From the NCBI RefSeq assembly GCF_009914755.1, contig NC_060934.1: a DNA stretch of 64,000 bases. One strand, 5' to 3'. Each line of letters begins with the position of its first letter. Position 1 is the first letter of the stretch. The notes below the pieces were generated by a model, which made no database searches, was not told the DNA's origin, and was given only the letters and a program-made list of their open reading frames with translations. Of this stretch, positions 1 through 14,480 are shown piece after piece. Source of the DNA: the human T2T-CHM13v2.0 reference genome, Homo sapiens. A program made the translations under genes and the position numbers.

Positions 1-1949
1 AGTTTAATGCGGCAGCTCAGTTTACCCCACAGGAAACTTGCTGCCTCTTGCCTCGTTCTCCCCACCCCCTCTCCTGCTCTGGCTCACTCACCTATTATAA
101 TTAAGTTCACTTTGATTTGAACAGATTGGACGATAGGAATTCATAATGCTACATCCTCACAGTGAAGCTAACTGATTAAGTGCTTTAAATTATTCCCCCT
201 GACAGAATGATAAAGTTACAATCTGTTCTGAGATGATCTACAGCTTGCCAGACTCCTACAGCTTCTTTCTACATTCATTTATCTTTTTGTCAAGCAGAGT
301 TTTTTTTTTTTCCCTAAGCTTCAATTCCATAGATCTTTTAAAGTCATCAGCACATCTGAATTATTAATGAGGCTTTAGAGGCAAGGTTCCTGATGGGCTG
401 GTTAAAAAAGGTTGTATAGAAATCCGGGACTGTGTACACATCAAAATAATTTCAGCTCCATTTAAAAAACCATTTAGTTCAAGTGTGACATAGATGAACC
501 ATTATGCATTTGTGGAAACCAATTTTTTGTGATCTACGATTAAACTAACCTTTCAGAGAGGAGTAAAGTGTGATGGTTATCATGTTTTAAAAGCTTTGCC
601 AGGCCGCTGAAACAATTTCACACTACGACTTTTTCCAGGGGTTTATGTGTAAAGATGATTTTCAGAGAGGTTGAGCCTGGTGTTTGTGCTCAGGTTGCCT
701 GAGCTGCCCTCGGTTTTGGCCATGCTGTTATGCAGACTGACTTTGCAAAGGGATTTAGTGCTAGGTTGGACATGCCAGGTTGGAAGAGTGAACTCAGCTG
801 ATGGAAATGAGTAGGTCTTTTGGGTGAAAGACCTAAGACAGCTGCAATTTGCTGAAATTTTTACAACTGCTGAAGAGAATAATTGTTCGGAATTTAGTCT
901 TTACAGTTCAATTCAAAGTTGGCATTTTGACCTTTCGCGGCAGAGAGAATATCAATTTCCTTCTGCTGTCTGTAAGAAAGAGAGCATTATTTCCTCATTT
1001 AAACTTCTCTCTTTCCTTTTACATTTCTTGCCATTAAAAAAAAAAATCTAAGCAGAGTAGCCCATGTTTTGGCCATGCTGCCTCAACACAAGGAGTGAGT
1101 TGTGTTAACACACATTGTGGTGAGGAGTTGAGGTCTTCCTTATGCCTGAGAAACAGCTGTTTAATTTGGGTGCCTCCTAAGATATAAATGTGTGTGTTTT
1201 TGGAGACTTGGTTATGTAGGATGTTCAGGAAACGGAACTGTATGAATGCTCTGGGCGTTTTACTAAAATGTCTGGTGCAAAGGTATTTTACGAACAGATT
1301 CTCCCAACATGCTTCCAAGGAACACACATTTCAATGATCGCCAGCCATTCAGCATCCATGGAGAGTGCTGCAAGTAGGACAATGATAATTTGATGTATTG
1401 AATCTTGCCTTCTGAAGAAGAAACAATGCCAATGGGTGGCTACAAAATTGACCACGAGGAAGAGGACTCAGGGAAGCAGCTCTAATGAATGCTGCCATGA
1501 CAAGGATAAATCCAAATCCCTGACTTTATCTCCACTCCCTGTTTCATCTCACATACCAGAAAGATTTCCAGGGGCTTTATTTTCATCTCTAAGATGAGAA
1601 GGGCAATTGATCGGGGTGGGAGGGCTTCCTCGCTGCCAGAGAAAAATAGCCTTATTTCTTAATAAGCTTCTTAAGGATGAGATGCCTGTTGTCAGTGCTC
1701 TGAGTACAATGTGTGACATGTCAGGAGTTCGTGGAGTTAGGAAAGAAGAGTCATTTCAGTCTGTGGCTGGGAGGGGGCTAGTGGGACAAGATAAACTCTG
1801 GAAAACAACTGCAGAGAGATGCTGGTAGAGCAATTGCCACTGCCATTGGCAGATGTCACCTATCAAGACCAGCTATGCTATGAGCTGTCCACCATGAAGA
1901 AGCAAGGAGATGCGGGCTAAGGAGACAGCGCAGGGCAGGAGGTGAAAGT

Positions 1950-2350
1950 TAAGCAGATCTAGCTCACGTACTAGTTGCATGGCTCTGAACAAGTTATTAG
2001 CAAATTTATCTTAGCTTCATTCCTTTTCTGTAAAATAGGGCTGATGATACAAACTTCCTAATAGTGTTGTTTAGATAAATGAAGCCAGTACCCTTGAAGC
2101 ACTTACACAGGTCCAGATACATGGTAAGTAAATGTGAGTTGTTAAGGTTATGAGTATTTGGAATAATATCAGCGGGCATTATATCACAGTGGCTAACTTC
2201 ACAGACTCTAGTGTCTCTCAGATTCTGTGTCTTTCAAATGGAGACACAGCATCTCCATCTGAAGCTGTTGTGAGGATTGAGTTTGTATAGGTAACTAAAG
2301 AGTGCTCATGAGAATGCCTGGCCCAAGGCAATTGCTGAAGCGTTAGCTTT
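1950..2350 (+). mobile_element. MIR SINE fragments (two)
   Basis: MIR core-like text: ctgtaaaatagggctgatgatac...aagcacttacacag, and gttgtgaggattgag...atgcctggc. Ends approximate. Confidence 0.6.
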
Positions 2351-5300
2351 TAGAGTAAGTTTAGTACTAGCCTGAGTACTATCAGTACTAAAGGATGATG
2401 TAAGCATGGGTCGTACCTCTTGAATGTGATGACAAATGATGCCCTTCAGCAGAGATTCTGGGGGTAGAGAACAGGGGTGTGTATATCGGGGTGTATCCTG
2501 AAGAACATGGATTGTGGCAGCAGAGGTGACAGAGGGGGATTTGGTTGGTCATCTTCATTTGGAAGGTAAAGGAGAGGAAGAGGTAACCTGGTGTTATTTC
2601 TGGGGAGCTTAGGGTTTTTCCCCTCCCAGGGTGACTCTGTGCCTCTGAAATACTGGCTTTGACTCACCAGGCATCCTATCCCATCTGAGAGCCATCTGTT
2701 TCTTGCATTTCTAGTTTCATCACTGAGATCACAGGGTTTAAAATAAGGGTCAAAACCTCCTCCAGCCACAGGGCTGCAGGTCACCCTGGAGGAATGGGCT
2801 CTTGCAGGGAAGGGCCCCAGAGCTGGGCTGACTGAGCTGCCACCAGCAGAGGAAGAAACAGGCTGCACTGTGATAATTGAGCTTCTCTGTTGGCTCTGTG
2901 GGTTGTCAGTGCCATGGGATTTAGCCTTTTCACAGTACTCCCTTGAGAAGATCGCAGAAAAGGGGAGACAATGATACAGCAAAAGCATTTGGAATAATTG
3001 GCCCTCTTCTCACTACACCACAAGCTGAGGTTGAGAGAGAAAAGGCTCAAAAAGAAAAGATGCTGTTTGGAGAGAGACAACCGTGGAGAACAGTAAGGGC
3101 TAACAAGGAGCTTCGACCTTCAAGGGTAATGCTGTGTGGTTTCCTGTCCCGCGCTTGTGATAGGCAGCCTGGCACACTTCCTCTGCCCAGCAAACCCTGA
3201 TGCCTCCTCCGTCCCCACCCACACATACTACCTCCTCTCCTCTCTGTGAGCAAAGTATGCTTATTTCATAGAGATACAAATTATTTGTACCAGAACAAAA
3301 GCAATTACCGTTTATGAAAAACCTTCTCACTTCTTTGCAATTGGCTACCATGACTCTGTCTCTTTTAACTGAAAGTCTGATGCTGCCATTCTTTGAGCAA
3401 ACTGCTCTCCCAGCCCTCCTCTGTGGCCCTTGGTCCAGCCAACACCCTGAGGACAGATTCTTCACTAATCCCTTTCGGATAATCCCTCTCACCTCCAATG
3501 GTTGCAATGGGCATGCAATCTTGCATGGGAGACAGTCAGCCAGTGTAGTGACAGGTGCCCACAGCTACTTCTTTATCATATTGTGACAAAGCAGGGATGG
3601 GCTGAAAGAAGCTGATTGAGAAATTGATTTTTACCCTGTCTTGACTTCCACAGGCCCTGGAGTTTCTGTACTCTCCTCTTTCTCCTTCAAGGAGCCTGTT
3701 GCTATAGGAACCTGGCAGGTTGATTTAATTGTCTCTATTGGGATGCAGACACCTTTAGGCTTTTCCCATGCTGCAGAAGAGCCAGACAAAAGCTTTTTCT
3801 GGTCATCTGGGATCTTGATGATGCTGCCAAGAGGCATACTCAGTGTCTCTACTCATTGAGCTTACAGGGCTATTCCCCTTTCTCAGAAGCCATGTGACCA
3901 GCTTGAGAAAGTGCCACCAACACAGCAGCATCATAAGGCATGTAGAGGCACTCATATTTTTTTAAAAAAATCAAACCAAGAGGACAAGGGTAATATAGAA
4001 AATGGTTAAAGGTATAAAAATGTGTAAAGTCAATTTATATCAAATATTTATTGAGCACCGATGGTAAGGTTCTGGGTCATAATCTTTAATATTCAGAACA
4101 GAATTTGAAACCTCTCCCAATTGTGGCAGAAGTTTAACTGTGTGTATAAGAGTCCAGCTTTCTCCATCCATTTGAACTGGCTTTGGGAAGAACCTGGGTA
4201 GCAGACTTTAGGGACACTGATGATGCCACGATCACCCAAGTGTTGAGACTGAGAAGGCTTCACCGTGCCTTCTGGTTTACCAGCCTACTTATTGTTCACC
4301 CCTTTCAAAGCCCAAAGCAAGTTGGACTAAATGGCTTACAAATTTCTTCTCTTCTAGAATGGTGCAGATAACAGAGTTCCTAACTTTTTAAATGTATATA
4401 CTTTATTTTCAAAGAACTCTCACTTTCTACCCTTACTTCCTTGTTTTTTTTTTTTTTTTTTTGCGGGAGGCAGTGAACAGGAAGAGATATAATAATAAGA
4501 AACTTGTATGCCTACTTCCTAAGTAAGCAGATGTTCTACTGAAAGAGGAAGGGGAAGTTTGGAGTCAAATAGAAAACAATGGAGGGGACTCTTCACTCTA
4601 TTAAGGAAAGTATAATATAGTAATTTTGGCAAATAAAATTGAAGTAGTAATGATCCTTCTCCATCATCAAATTTATCATTAGTCAAATATGGTGAATTCT
4701 CAATTATCTACCACTGGGGCATGACTGTGTGCCCAAAGTCCAGGAAAACCTCAAAATTCCATCTCTTATCATAGTCTGTTCCCATTCCATTCCCATCACA
4801 ATATCATCTCATTGGAGTTGCTAACAGACTGTATATAAAACGCACTTCAGATTTACTTCTCTCTATCTGCCCGGTCTCTGGTTGGGATTTAACAAATGTC
4901 TGAAAGGCAGCTGGCAGGAAAGATTTGGGTAATACAGTGACTGAACCATCAGCTCCCAGATAACTGGGTGTGGGCTACTGAGTTGATATACACAGCAGAA
5001 CACTTTTAATTTGAGTCATACTGATCAAGCATAAAGAAGACCAATGCTTTTGCCATTAATAACCCTCCTGGTTTAAAGGAGGATGAAATATTGACAGAGA
5101 AGCAAGTTTGCCAAATGGAATAGCTGTAAATGTTTTCCAGGGAAGTTTATCAACTGGCATCATCACTTGATTGAGTAGGTCTTGCCAAGATGAACACAGA
5201 GATGTGAACAGACCGATGGGGGGACTGGGATTGGGGGGTGGCAATGGGGGAAGTGAAGGAAGCTGGGTTTCTTGATAGGAAAATGCTTTCGGACTTGGAG

Positions 5301-5529
5301 CAAGGTACCAGGGTGGGCAGGGAGGCCACGTGCAGATTAAAAGGCAAGCCAGATGGAGAGAAGTTCCCCCCAAATTACCCAACCCCACACCCAAGAACAC
5401 CAAAACAAACTCTAAGGAATCTAGCGATAGCAGCAGCACAGCCTCATTGCGCTGAGCAATTTAGAAAGTGGAAGAAGGAAGGAAGAGAAGAAGGAAGGGA
5501 AAAGGAGAGGGAAAGGGGAGGGGGGGAAA

Positions 5530-5625
5530 AGCAAAACAAAATAAATAAAACCACAAACAGAACAATATAAATAAAAATAAACAAACCAATAACAGAATAA
5601 AATTTGTAACTCCTTTTTTTTTAAT
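5530..5625 (-). terminator. Distal poly(A) signal ATTAAA (5625-5620) with U/GU-rich downstream element
   Basis: Minus strand reads GTGAAATTAAAAAAAAAGGAGTTACAAATTTTATTCTGTTATTGGTTTGTTTATTTTT...GTTTGTGGTTTT. Confidence 0.7.
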
Positions 5626-5911
5626 TTCACAAAAGTTTTCACAAGGACAACGTTATAGAAGAAAACCCCCAGCAGTGGCTAGGTCATGCAGAACCATTAA
5701 TTGTCATACCTTGGCCCATTCTATTCATCCTTGTTGCACTTTAGAGAGAGAAGTAAGCTATGTGAGTTTTACAATGCTTTTAAACTGTCATATTTCCTGT
5801 TGAGCACTTTAACTGGCACATTCTTATAGTTATAAATGTTCTGAGGGCGTAACTTTATAACCTCCTTTGCAAAGAATGCATGAAGAGCTCTTCATGATCC
5901 AATACTAGGGG

Positions 5912-6026
5912 ATACATATATATAGTTATATATATAGTTATATATATATAATTATATAGTTATATATATATAATTATATATAGTTTATATAAAGAGATAG
6001 TTATACATAATATAAATCAATATATA
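5912..6026. repeat. TA-rich simple repeat in the 3'UTR
   Basis: Repeated TATATATAGTTA / TATATAATTA units. Confidence 0.9.
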
Positions 6027-6959
6027 GAGAGACAAAAATAATTTGAAAAAATTCTTCCACTCATAGGGCTTGATAATTTACATGTATACAATTATTCCCC
6101 ACCACAATACTGGTTTGAATACTACGCTGCCCCTGTCTTTGGTGTGGGGGAGGGTGGAGGTTCTGACTGAGCCTCACCATTTGTCAGTAAAAGTGCTTGT
6201 CAATTCACACAGCAAGCAAATATCCAAAACTATCATGCTTGAGGGGACGGGGGATCCAAAATCTAAATCCAAAACATTCACCATAAAAACACCTTTTTAG
6301 AGATGGTACAGCTGTGACATGTTTTCCTCCTCCCTTTTACCCCTATTCTATTCGATGGAATTCTTTGAAGTAAAACTTTTCAAATATGTATATACCAGCC
6401 TAGTCCATCCATAAGAGAAATTGGTTATGGTGAATTGGCCAGTTTTTAAGAAATACCGCACTGCCTAAAGCATGATTTGCATGCACAAAGCATCTGACAA
6501 CTATATGTTGAAAAAAGGGTATTTTTCTACCTCTCCTCTCATGCTTACTAAGTGTTAAAAAAGAAAGAAAACAAAAGAAGAAAAAAATAACTATACCAAA
6601 ATGTGTTTGGCTCACTGTTGCACTCTTCTTATCCCACGTCTCATAATGACAAGGAGCAGCTCTCTATTGCCGTCATTACCCTGCCTAAATTGGCTACATT
6701 AAAGAAAGTGATGATGAGGAATTCCTTCCCACCAGCTTTCTGCATTGGGACAGCCAGCACCGCACAGCTGTGCCAACAGTTGAAGGTGGTGGCTGGCTTT
6801 TGTCTTTGTTGAGTCAACTGTGGCTGATCCTCCTACATTCTAATTTATTTAGCATGTCGGCTCCTAGAAAAGCATGATCTGCAGCTGGGTTTGTCTTCCT
6901 CTCACTCTACCATTGCCCCAGCCCTTCCTCCTACCTGGCATTGGGGCCCTAACTAATCA

Positions 6960-7122
6960 AACAAAGGGGAGTAAAAAGATCCCCTGAGAATGCATGGAAA
7001 AATACTTGCTCTTTCCTGAGCATTATTTATTCTGTACATAAGGTAAGTAATTCACCTTTTAAAAGATGTAAAAGTCCCAGGAAGGCAGTTTTTAATGACT
7101 TACATCTGATATTTATGATACA
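6960..7122 (-). terminator. Proximal poly(A) signal AATAAA (7031-7026)
   Basis: Upstream UGUA elements at 7122-7119, 7104-7101 and 7038-7035; U-rich sequence downstream. A further AATAAA at 6849-6844. Confidence 0.55.
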
Positions 7123-7986
7123 TATGGCTTTTCATCCCAAATGTCAAAAGTGAAAGAAAAAAAATAGCTATTCATATGGCAACATAAGGAGACAGAATAA
7201 CAATTTAATATGCAATCAAACCTCTTTTCACTTAAACTAAATGACTAGAATTTGATACATCCATGATTGGAATACTATTCTCTCCTCCATATTAAGGTGA
7301 GAAATGTTCATAAGAACTCCCAGAGGGAACTGGCTCTGGGACAAAAGGCCTTGGTGAGTAACTAAAAAAATCACTGATGTTCTCTTGCAACAAGCAGGTC
7401 CTTCATAATCATCTACACAAATCGTGAAAGCTTTTCAAATGCTTCGCAATACTTCGGCCCAGAGACTGGAAACAATCAATATGTTTTCATTGCTGTTTTG
7501 TTGCTTGTTTCAAATAAACATGTGCTAACTTATTGTGTGTATAAAAAAAGAAAGAAAGGAAAACAACAACAACAACAAAATCAAAACCCAAAGCACCCTG
7601 ATAATCCTGATAAATCAGAATCAACTTTTCTTTTACATTAAATAAACTTGCTCTGCCTAACTGACGTTGATCACAAGTGCTCCCTTCTAATCTGTGAACT
7701 CGTTCCTGCAGTGAGCTATTTATGTCTGGAGCATGCCTTTGGGTTATTTTTCCCCCAGAATCATAAATAACTTTTGGTCCGTCTGCTTATTTGCTGTTGT
7801 GCTCAAGGGTTTTATGGTGGTGAAATAAAAATGACAACCACATGCACACTATCATACATATGCAAATATGTGTAAAAAAAAAGGGGGGGACTACAGGGGA
7901 AAACAGGGAAAGTTACTTTGTTGGAAACACCAACTGGGGAAATGAGTGGCAGATACAGTTTCACACAGTGGCGGTGGATACACATA

Positions 7987-8325
<339 letters not shown>

Positions 8326-8851
8326 TCAGGACTTTCAGAGGATCTGGAAGATGCACTCCTAGCTGGTCTGAGGCCTTAAACATTCTTTTTCTTGTTAAAT
8401 GGAAACTTCCTCTGTTTAACTCAATAAAGGAGGCCAGCCAGGAGCCCAGGCAGAGATGTGGAATTAGAGCCAGTAATGGAAGAACCAAACTTCGCTTCTC
8501 GTGGTCTACATGTACCTTTCTATACAAGGTCAAAGTCACTTTCAAGTAGCCCAACCGCAAGAGGTTTCATGAAGTGTGATGCAACTTTCATTTCATAATT
8601 TTCGGACAATCCCAGATATACATCACAAGATCTTTGTTTACCATGACAGAGTGTCTCCTTAGACTATTCTCGCTCTTTACCTTTTAAAATCTACTTTGGT
8701 GAGAGAATTTGGAATTTGGAATTCACCACATGGAAGAATCTAAGAAACCTGCCTACTTATCAGCACTACTTTGTTGTTCTTCACAATTAGTTGGAGCTTT
8801 CTTTGGTCAACAGCAGATGTGACTAAGAAAATCACGCTGTTTCACTTAGAG

Positions 8852-9232
8852 CAGTGGTCACCAAGTGTGGTCCTTAGGCCACACAGGTCAGCATCACCTA
8901 GGAACTAGGAAATGCAAGTTCTTAAGCAATCCCACCCAGACCTACTGATTTGGAAGTGCTGAGGATGGGGTCCAGCAATCTGTGGTTGAACAAGCTCTGC
9001 AGGTGAGTCTCATGATGGCTAAATTTTGAGAACCCACTGGTCTATAGCAATTGTTCTCAATTCTGGCTATACACTATAATCCCTGGTTATTATATATAAA
9101 ATGTTTACATATTTTAAAATATATATATGATGTTTTCTTCCTTCCAGACCAGTTAAGTTAGAGTAATCAGAATATTTTTTAAAAGCTCCCCAGGTGATTC
9201 TACTATGCAAGCAGGGATGAGAAACGCTTGTC
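8852..9232. mobile_element. MER5-family (hAT-Charlie) DNA transposon fossils, two adjacent copies
   Basis: cagtggtcaccaagtgtggtcc...gcatcacctaggaact...ccagacctactga...tttgagaacccactg; second copy contains aaaagctccccaggtgattct. Confidence 0.75.
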
Positions 9233-9502
9233 TCTGCAGCACTGTTGCCTAGGGTATATTATGCAAACTCACTGATCTTGGTAATTCTAGGATGTACTTT
9301 TAATTTTTGCCTGCTATGAATTTATTTTAATGCATATGAGAAAAATATAATTGGCACATCTAAACTGTTATTTCTCTGCTTAAGGTGATAATATATAATT
9401 GTCTCAAAAATAAATATATAAAAGTTAAAAAGCGAGTCAATTTAAAATATGTGAAGTAAAAATATGGGATTCTGAGATATGGCAGAAGAACCACTTATCT
9501 TA

Positions 9503-9819
<317 letters not shown>

Positions 9820-10174
9820 ACTTATCTTAAACACTAGCAATGTAAAATATCTCTATATTAGGTACCAACAGATGTTATCCTAGTAGCTAGAGTTTGGGAG
9901 AGATGTTTGTGTATTCAGACTTTTGTAATTAGGTGATGAAATTATTCTATTAATACAAAACTTGAATTCTTACCAAAATGTCTTTACATCTACTATTAGT
10001 AATTATAGAAAAATGCTTCCCATCACCTCCAAACTCAGTGTTGGATTTAATATGGGCAGAGTAATTTGCATGTTGAGGAGATGTATACAGACCTTTGCCT
10101 TTACAGTAGGGGACAGGAAAGGATATTAATATTTCTGTGATTAGGTGGGAGGGCAGAGTTGAAACCAATACTCA

Positions 10175-10489
<315 letters not shown>

Positions 10490-11929
10490 TCAGGTAACAA
10501 TGGGGTTTTCCTCTGGTGTCTCTCCAGTTTTCCACCTGTCGCAGTGGGGTTTGAAAGCTCTAAGGAGACTATGCTTCTCCCTCACTTTAAGTCAAAGTGT
10601 AAAGCTTGATGGTCTCAGATGTATGCTCAGCTGAGGAGATGAACCCTTCTCTGCAAAATGGTGATTATGTTCAGTCCCAGCTCAGCTGTAACCGCTGTGA
10701 TAGGCTCGTGTTGTCAAAACTGTCTGAGTGATAATGAAAACCACCGCAAGGAGGAGGACCCCACCAGGTCCTATGGTGACAGACTCTTTCAGGAGGTAAG
10801 GACCCTGTGAAAAGCACAATTTACAGACCTCAGAGATGGCAAGGGTGCAAGAGAATGTGTTTCCCTAGGAGCCAGGGGTCTGCAGGCTGAATAACTGGGA
10901 TTCGCAGTTCTGATCAGTTCACAGCCACCTTCCCGGGGTCTGGGGCCTGATGCAGAAAGTGAAAGCAAATGCATCCACTTGGAAATGCTGGCTTCAGCGG
11001 CCAGGTGGCTTCAGGTAGATGTTACCTGTATTATATGAAGGGCACTGGGCACTGCGGGATGGCTTCACTGGGTATAAAATGACTGTCTTTGTCCTTCCAA
11101 TCATTGGAATTCTCATATTGGTCTCATACCAAAGAACACTGATGGGACCAAATCTTACCATTATCTAAAGTCTTTATCCTAATCAAGTGCATCAATAAGT
11201 AAATGATAGGTATAAAGAGCCACTAGCCATGAAAATTCCCTTTCAAAAAAAGCCTAGTCTAACATAGGTCCCAGTCCATGATCAAACTAAAATATGGGGA
11301 AAGTATGCAGCACTGTTTCAGAAAAAACAGAGACAGACCCTTTCCTTGGCTCCTTTTCCACTATTTAGTCTTTCTGGGCGACACCATTGTTTGTGTAACA
11401 GGTTTATCAGTTTCTGTGACTTATGGCTGCATCTCTTAAATGCATCTGTGGGGTTGGGCTGGGAATAAGGGCAAAGACAGCACACTTCTGTCACAGTGCC
11501 TACACTAGGCAGATACATGGAATCAGAAGGGAGACGCTGGCCACTTCCGTCACAGGGAGGACGTGAGGGAACGTGACTGGGTCCACTCTCAGAAATTACA
11601 AGGTCTAGGTTTTGATTTACAGGCATTAAAGGATCCACATAAGATTCGGTTTGTTTGGCCGGTGGTTCTGGATACATCTGACTACTGACTACCCTGGTGC
11701 TTTGAAAACCACCAGTGCCTGGGTCCTATTCACATATAAAAACTAAGAAACCTGCAGGCTGAGGCTGGCCACCTCCATGTGCTATTAATGTATAGTTGGG
11801 TTGAGTATCCCTAAGCTACGCTAAGAGCCTGTGGAAATATTTCCCAACCTTGGCTGCATGCTGGCATCACCTGCTGCTTCTCACCTTGTGCAGAGGATAC
11901 GTGAAGAGAACACCAAGGAGGGAGAAAGC

Positions 11930-12125
11930 CCACTGGCTCTGAAGCCAGGATGCCTTGGTGCAAATTCCCAATAGGTCTAGTGCTCATTCTCTCTGGGCCT
12001 CAGTTGACTTAGAAGGTGTGATACTAGAACTTATATCAAAGGGTTGCTATGAAGATTAAAATGAATGACTATGCATAGAGCAAAGTGTCTGATCCAGAGT
12101 AAACTATAAATAAATATCACCTCTT
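11930..12125 (+). mobile_element. MIR
   Basis: ctctctgggcctcagtt...gggttgctatgaagattaaaatgaat. Ends approximate. Confidence 0.6.
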
Positions 12126-12165
12126 ACAGTTATCTACAATAGGAAGGAGAAAAGCCAGATGCCTA

Positions 12166-12477
<312 letters not shown>

Positions 12478-13809
12478 TTAAGCAAACACCCTAAAGTCAT
12501 GACAGCCGACATCCAAATTACAACTTTTCTTGGTATCTCCTGTTTAAAGTTCTGGCCTGTCTCTTCAAATAATTTCATGTGGGGAGTGAAAAGACAGCAG
12601 CCTCCAATTATTCCGTTATTTTCTCTCTTGCTTGGCTCTGCTACGACAGCCTGACTTAAAAAACCCAGTTCAGGGGATTTTTTAGTAAAGGGCTCAAATC
12701 TGAATAATTAGTGTTTGCCATAATTGGTTTTAGTAGGGATACAAATATTGCCTCCCCCTCCTAAAGTCTACGTGACTACTATGAGATTCTGGACACGTGT
12801 AATAAAATGCAGCCTGCCCCAGCTACTAACCCAAGCAGCATTGTCTCTGAGGCCCTGTCATCCATGTGCCAGGAAGCTTCCTCCCCACGACAATGGCAAA
12901 ACCTTTCATTAATGCCACACGCTTAACGATTTACCACATGCGTTGATAACTGTCTAACTCAGAAATCTCGATCAATTAAATATGCCGGATAAATTTATGA
13001 AAAGGTGAATGTCCTGGTAAGTGTACTTTGGCTTTTGTTTTCTAAAATAACCTCAGTAGTCTGAGGCAAATATCACTTATTAAAGAAGTTTCCCTCTAAG
13101 TGTACATTTGTGTCACATCTGAAACATAACAGATCTGTCAGGAACAAAAGAATGGGAGTTTAAAAAAAATTAATAGGATGTCAAATAAAGGAGCTTTAAA
13201 AGGTATTTGTCACCAGCCTAATTTGAGAAATTCTCAGGTAAGGGTGTGCATTCCATTTTCCTATGTAAGTAGAAATCAAGCAGGCTAAAAAACTTAAATC
13301 AAAGTTTGCCTGTGGCTTTTGAGGATGCACTTTGGAAAGAGGTAAGGAAAGATGCAATTGCACCTCAGCAGCTTCTTAGAGAGTTTAGCTGGCAAGGCAT
13401 AGTAGGGAACAAACCAAGTAAGGGTGAGCTCAAGTTCCCATCCCAGGTTTGCTAACTAGTTCTATGTCTTGGAGGTTGCCTAGTCATTCTGGACTTTGAT
13501 TTTTCTCGTCTGTAAAATAACAGTGGTCATTAAAACCAAATTTATATTCACATAATTCCATGAGGACTTCTGAATTAAGATGATAGTTACTAGCGGGGCT
13601 GGATTCACAATCCTCATTGAAATACTTACAAAAACACCCATTGTGATACAAAATTCCAACTGCAAAAGAATTTAGGAATGTTATCCATAGCCTGCCAGAC
13701 CCTAAAGGAAATTTATGCTCAGAGTTAAGATATGCCCTTAGGCACAGAAGCAGAAAAAGGATACTTAAAGTAGGATATGTGTCTGGAGAGGTTATGGGAT
13801 CCAGGGATC

Positions 13810-14000
13810 CAGAGCTGGGCTGAGGGGTTTAATGCTGACTTCACCTCTCAGAAGCTGTGTGACCTTGGAAAGTTATTTAACATTTTTGTGCCTCCGTTTC
13901 ATGATCTGTAAAATGTAATAATAGAAGGCTGTGGGGCTCTATGACCTACCCATGAAGCACTTAGAAACATGCTTGGTGCACAGGAAGCACTGATAAACAT
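13810..14000 (+). mobile_element. MIR
   Basis: gctgtgtgaccttggaaagttatttaac...gtgcctccgtttcatgatctgtaaaatg. Confidence 0.7.
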
Positions 14001-14174
14001 TTTGGCCTCATATCAGAGACATGAGGCCTTTGCCAAGTAGAGGAACAGTCAGCTCCATTCTCAACTTTCCTTTGAATTTTTAATCTTCTTTGTTTTCTTG
14101 GAGGCGTGGGGAACTCAGGGCTTTAAAAACCAAGCAAGGGATTTTAAACTCGATGTGGTAGAAAATGGGAGGTC

Positions 14175-14480
14175 AGCCAAGCATGGTGCACACCTGTAAT
14201 CCCAGAACTTTGGTAGGCCAAGGTGGGAGGATCATTTGAGGTCAGGAGTGAGGTCAGGAGTTGGGACCAGGCTGGCCAACGTGGTGAATCCTAGTCTCTA
14301 CTAAAAATAAAAAAATTAGCTAGGCATGGTGGCGGGCACCTGTAATCCCAGATCCTCGGGAGGCTGAGGCCAGAGAATTACTTGAACCCGGGCGGCAGAT
14401 GTTGCAGTAATCTGAGATCATGCCACTGCACCCCAGCCTGGGTGACAGAGTGAGATTCTGTCTCAGAAAAATAATGAATA
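14175..14480 (+). mobile_element. AluS element with an internal 12-bp tandem duplication
   Basis: Alu consensus. TGAGGTCAGGAG occurs twice (14237-14248, 14249-14260). Confidence 0.93.

Larger units (their letters stand above)
5600..7986 (-). other. KCNMA1: KCNMA1 3'UTR of the QEERL isoform (long form)
   Basis: Follows the stop codon; AU-rich, no recognisable interspersed repeats; ends at an ATTAAA signal followed by a long U/GU-rich tract. The 3' end is approximate. Confidence 0.75.

Noticed and set aside
2446-2988. Longest non-KCNMA1 ORF (180 aa, minus)
   Set aside because: No recognisable domain or coding-like composition; it does not match the VYR/DEC tails. Consistent with a chance ORF.
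4400-4462. AATAAA (minus, 4407-4402) near a genomic T run, as a further poly(A) site
   Set aside because: Weak downstream element, and the adjacent A-rich run on the transcript would give oligo-dT mispriming, so it cannot be supported from sequence.
1-5500. Expected downstream KCNMA1 exons for the RKEMVYR and VEDEC tails
   Set aside because: Those peptides were not found by eye or in the ORF track; they probably lie beyond the left edge of the window.
5879-5896. Perfect 18-bp palindrome CATGAAGAGCTCTTCATG in the 3'UTR
   Set aside because: About 0.25 such palindromes are expected by chance in 64 kb; no other support.
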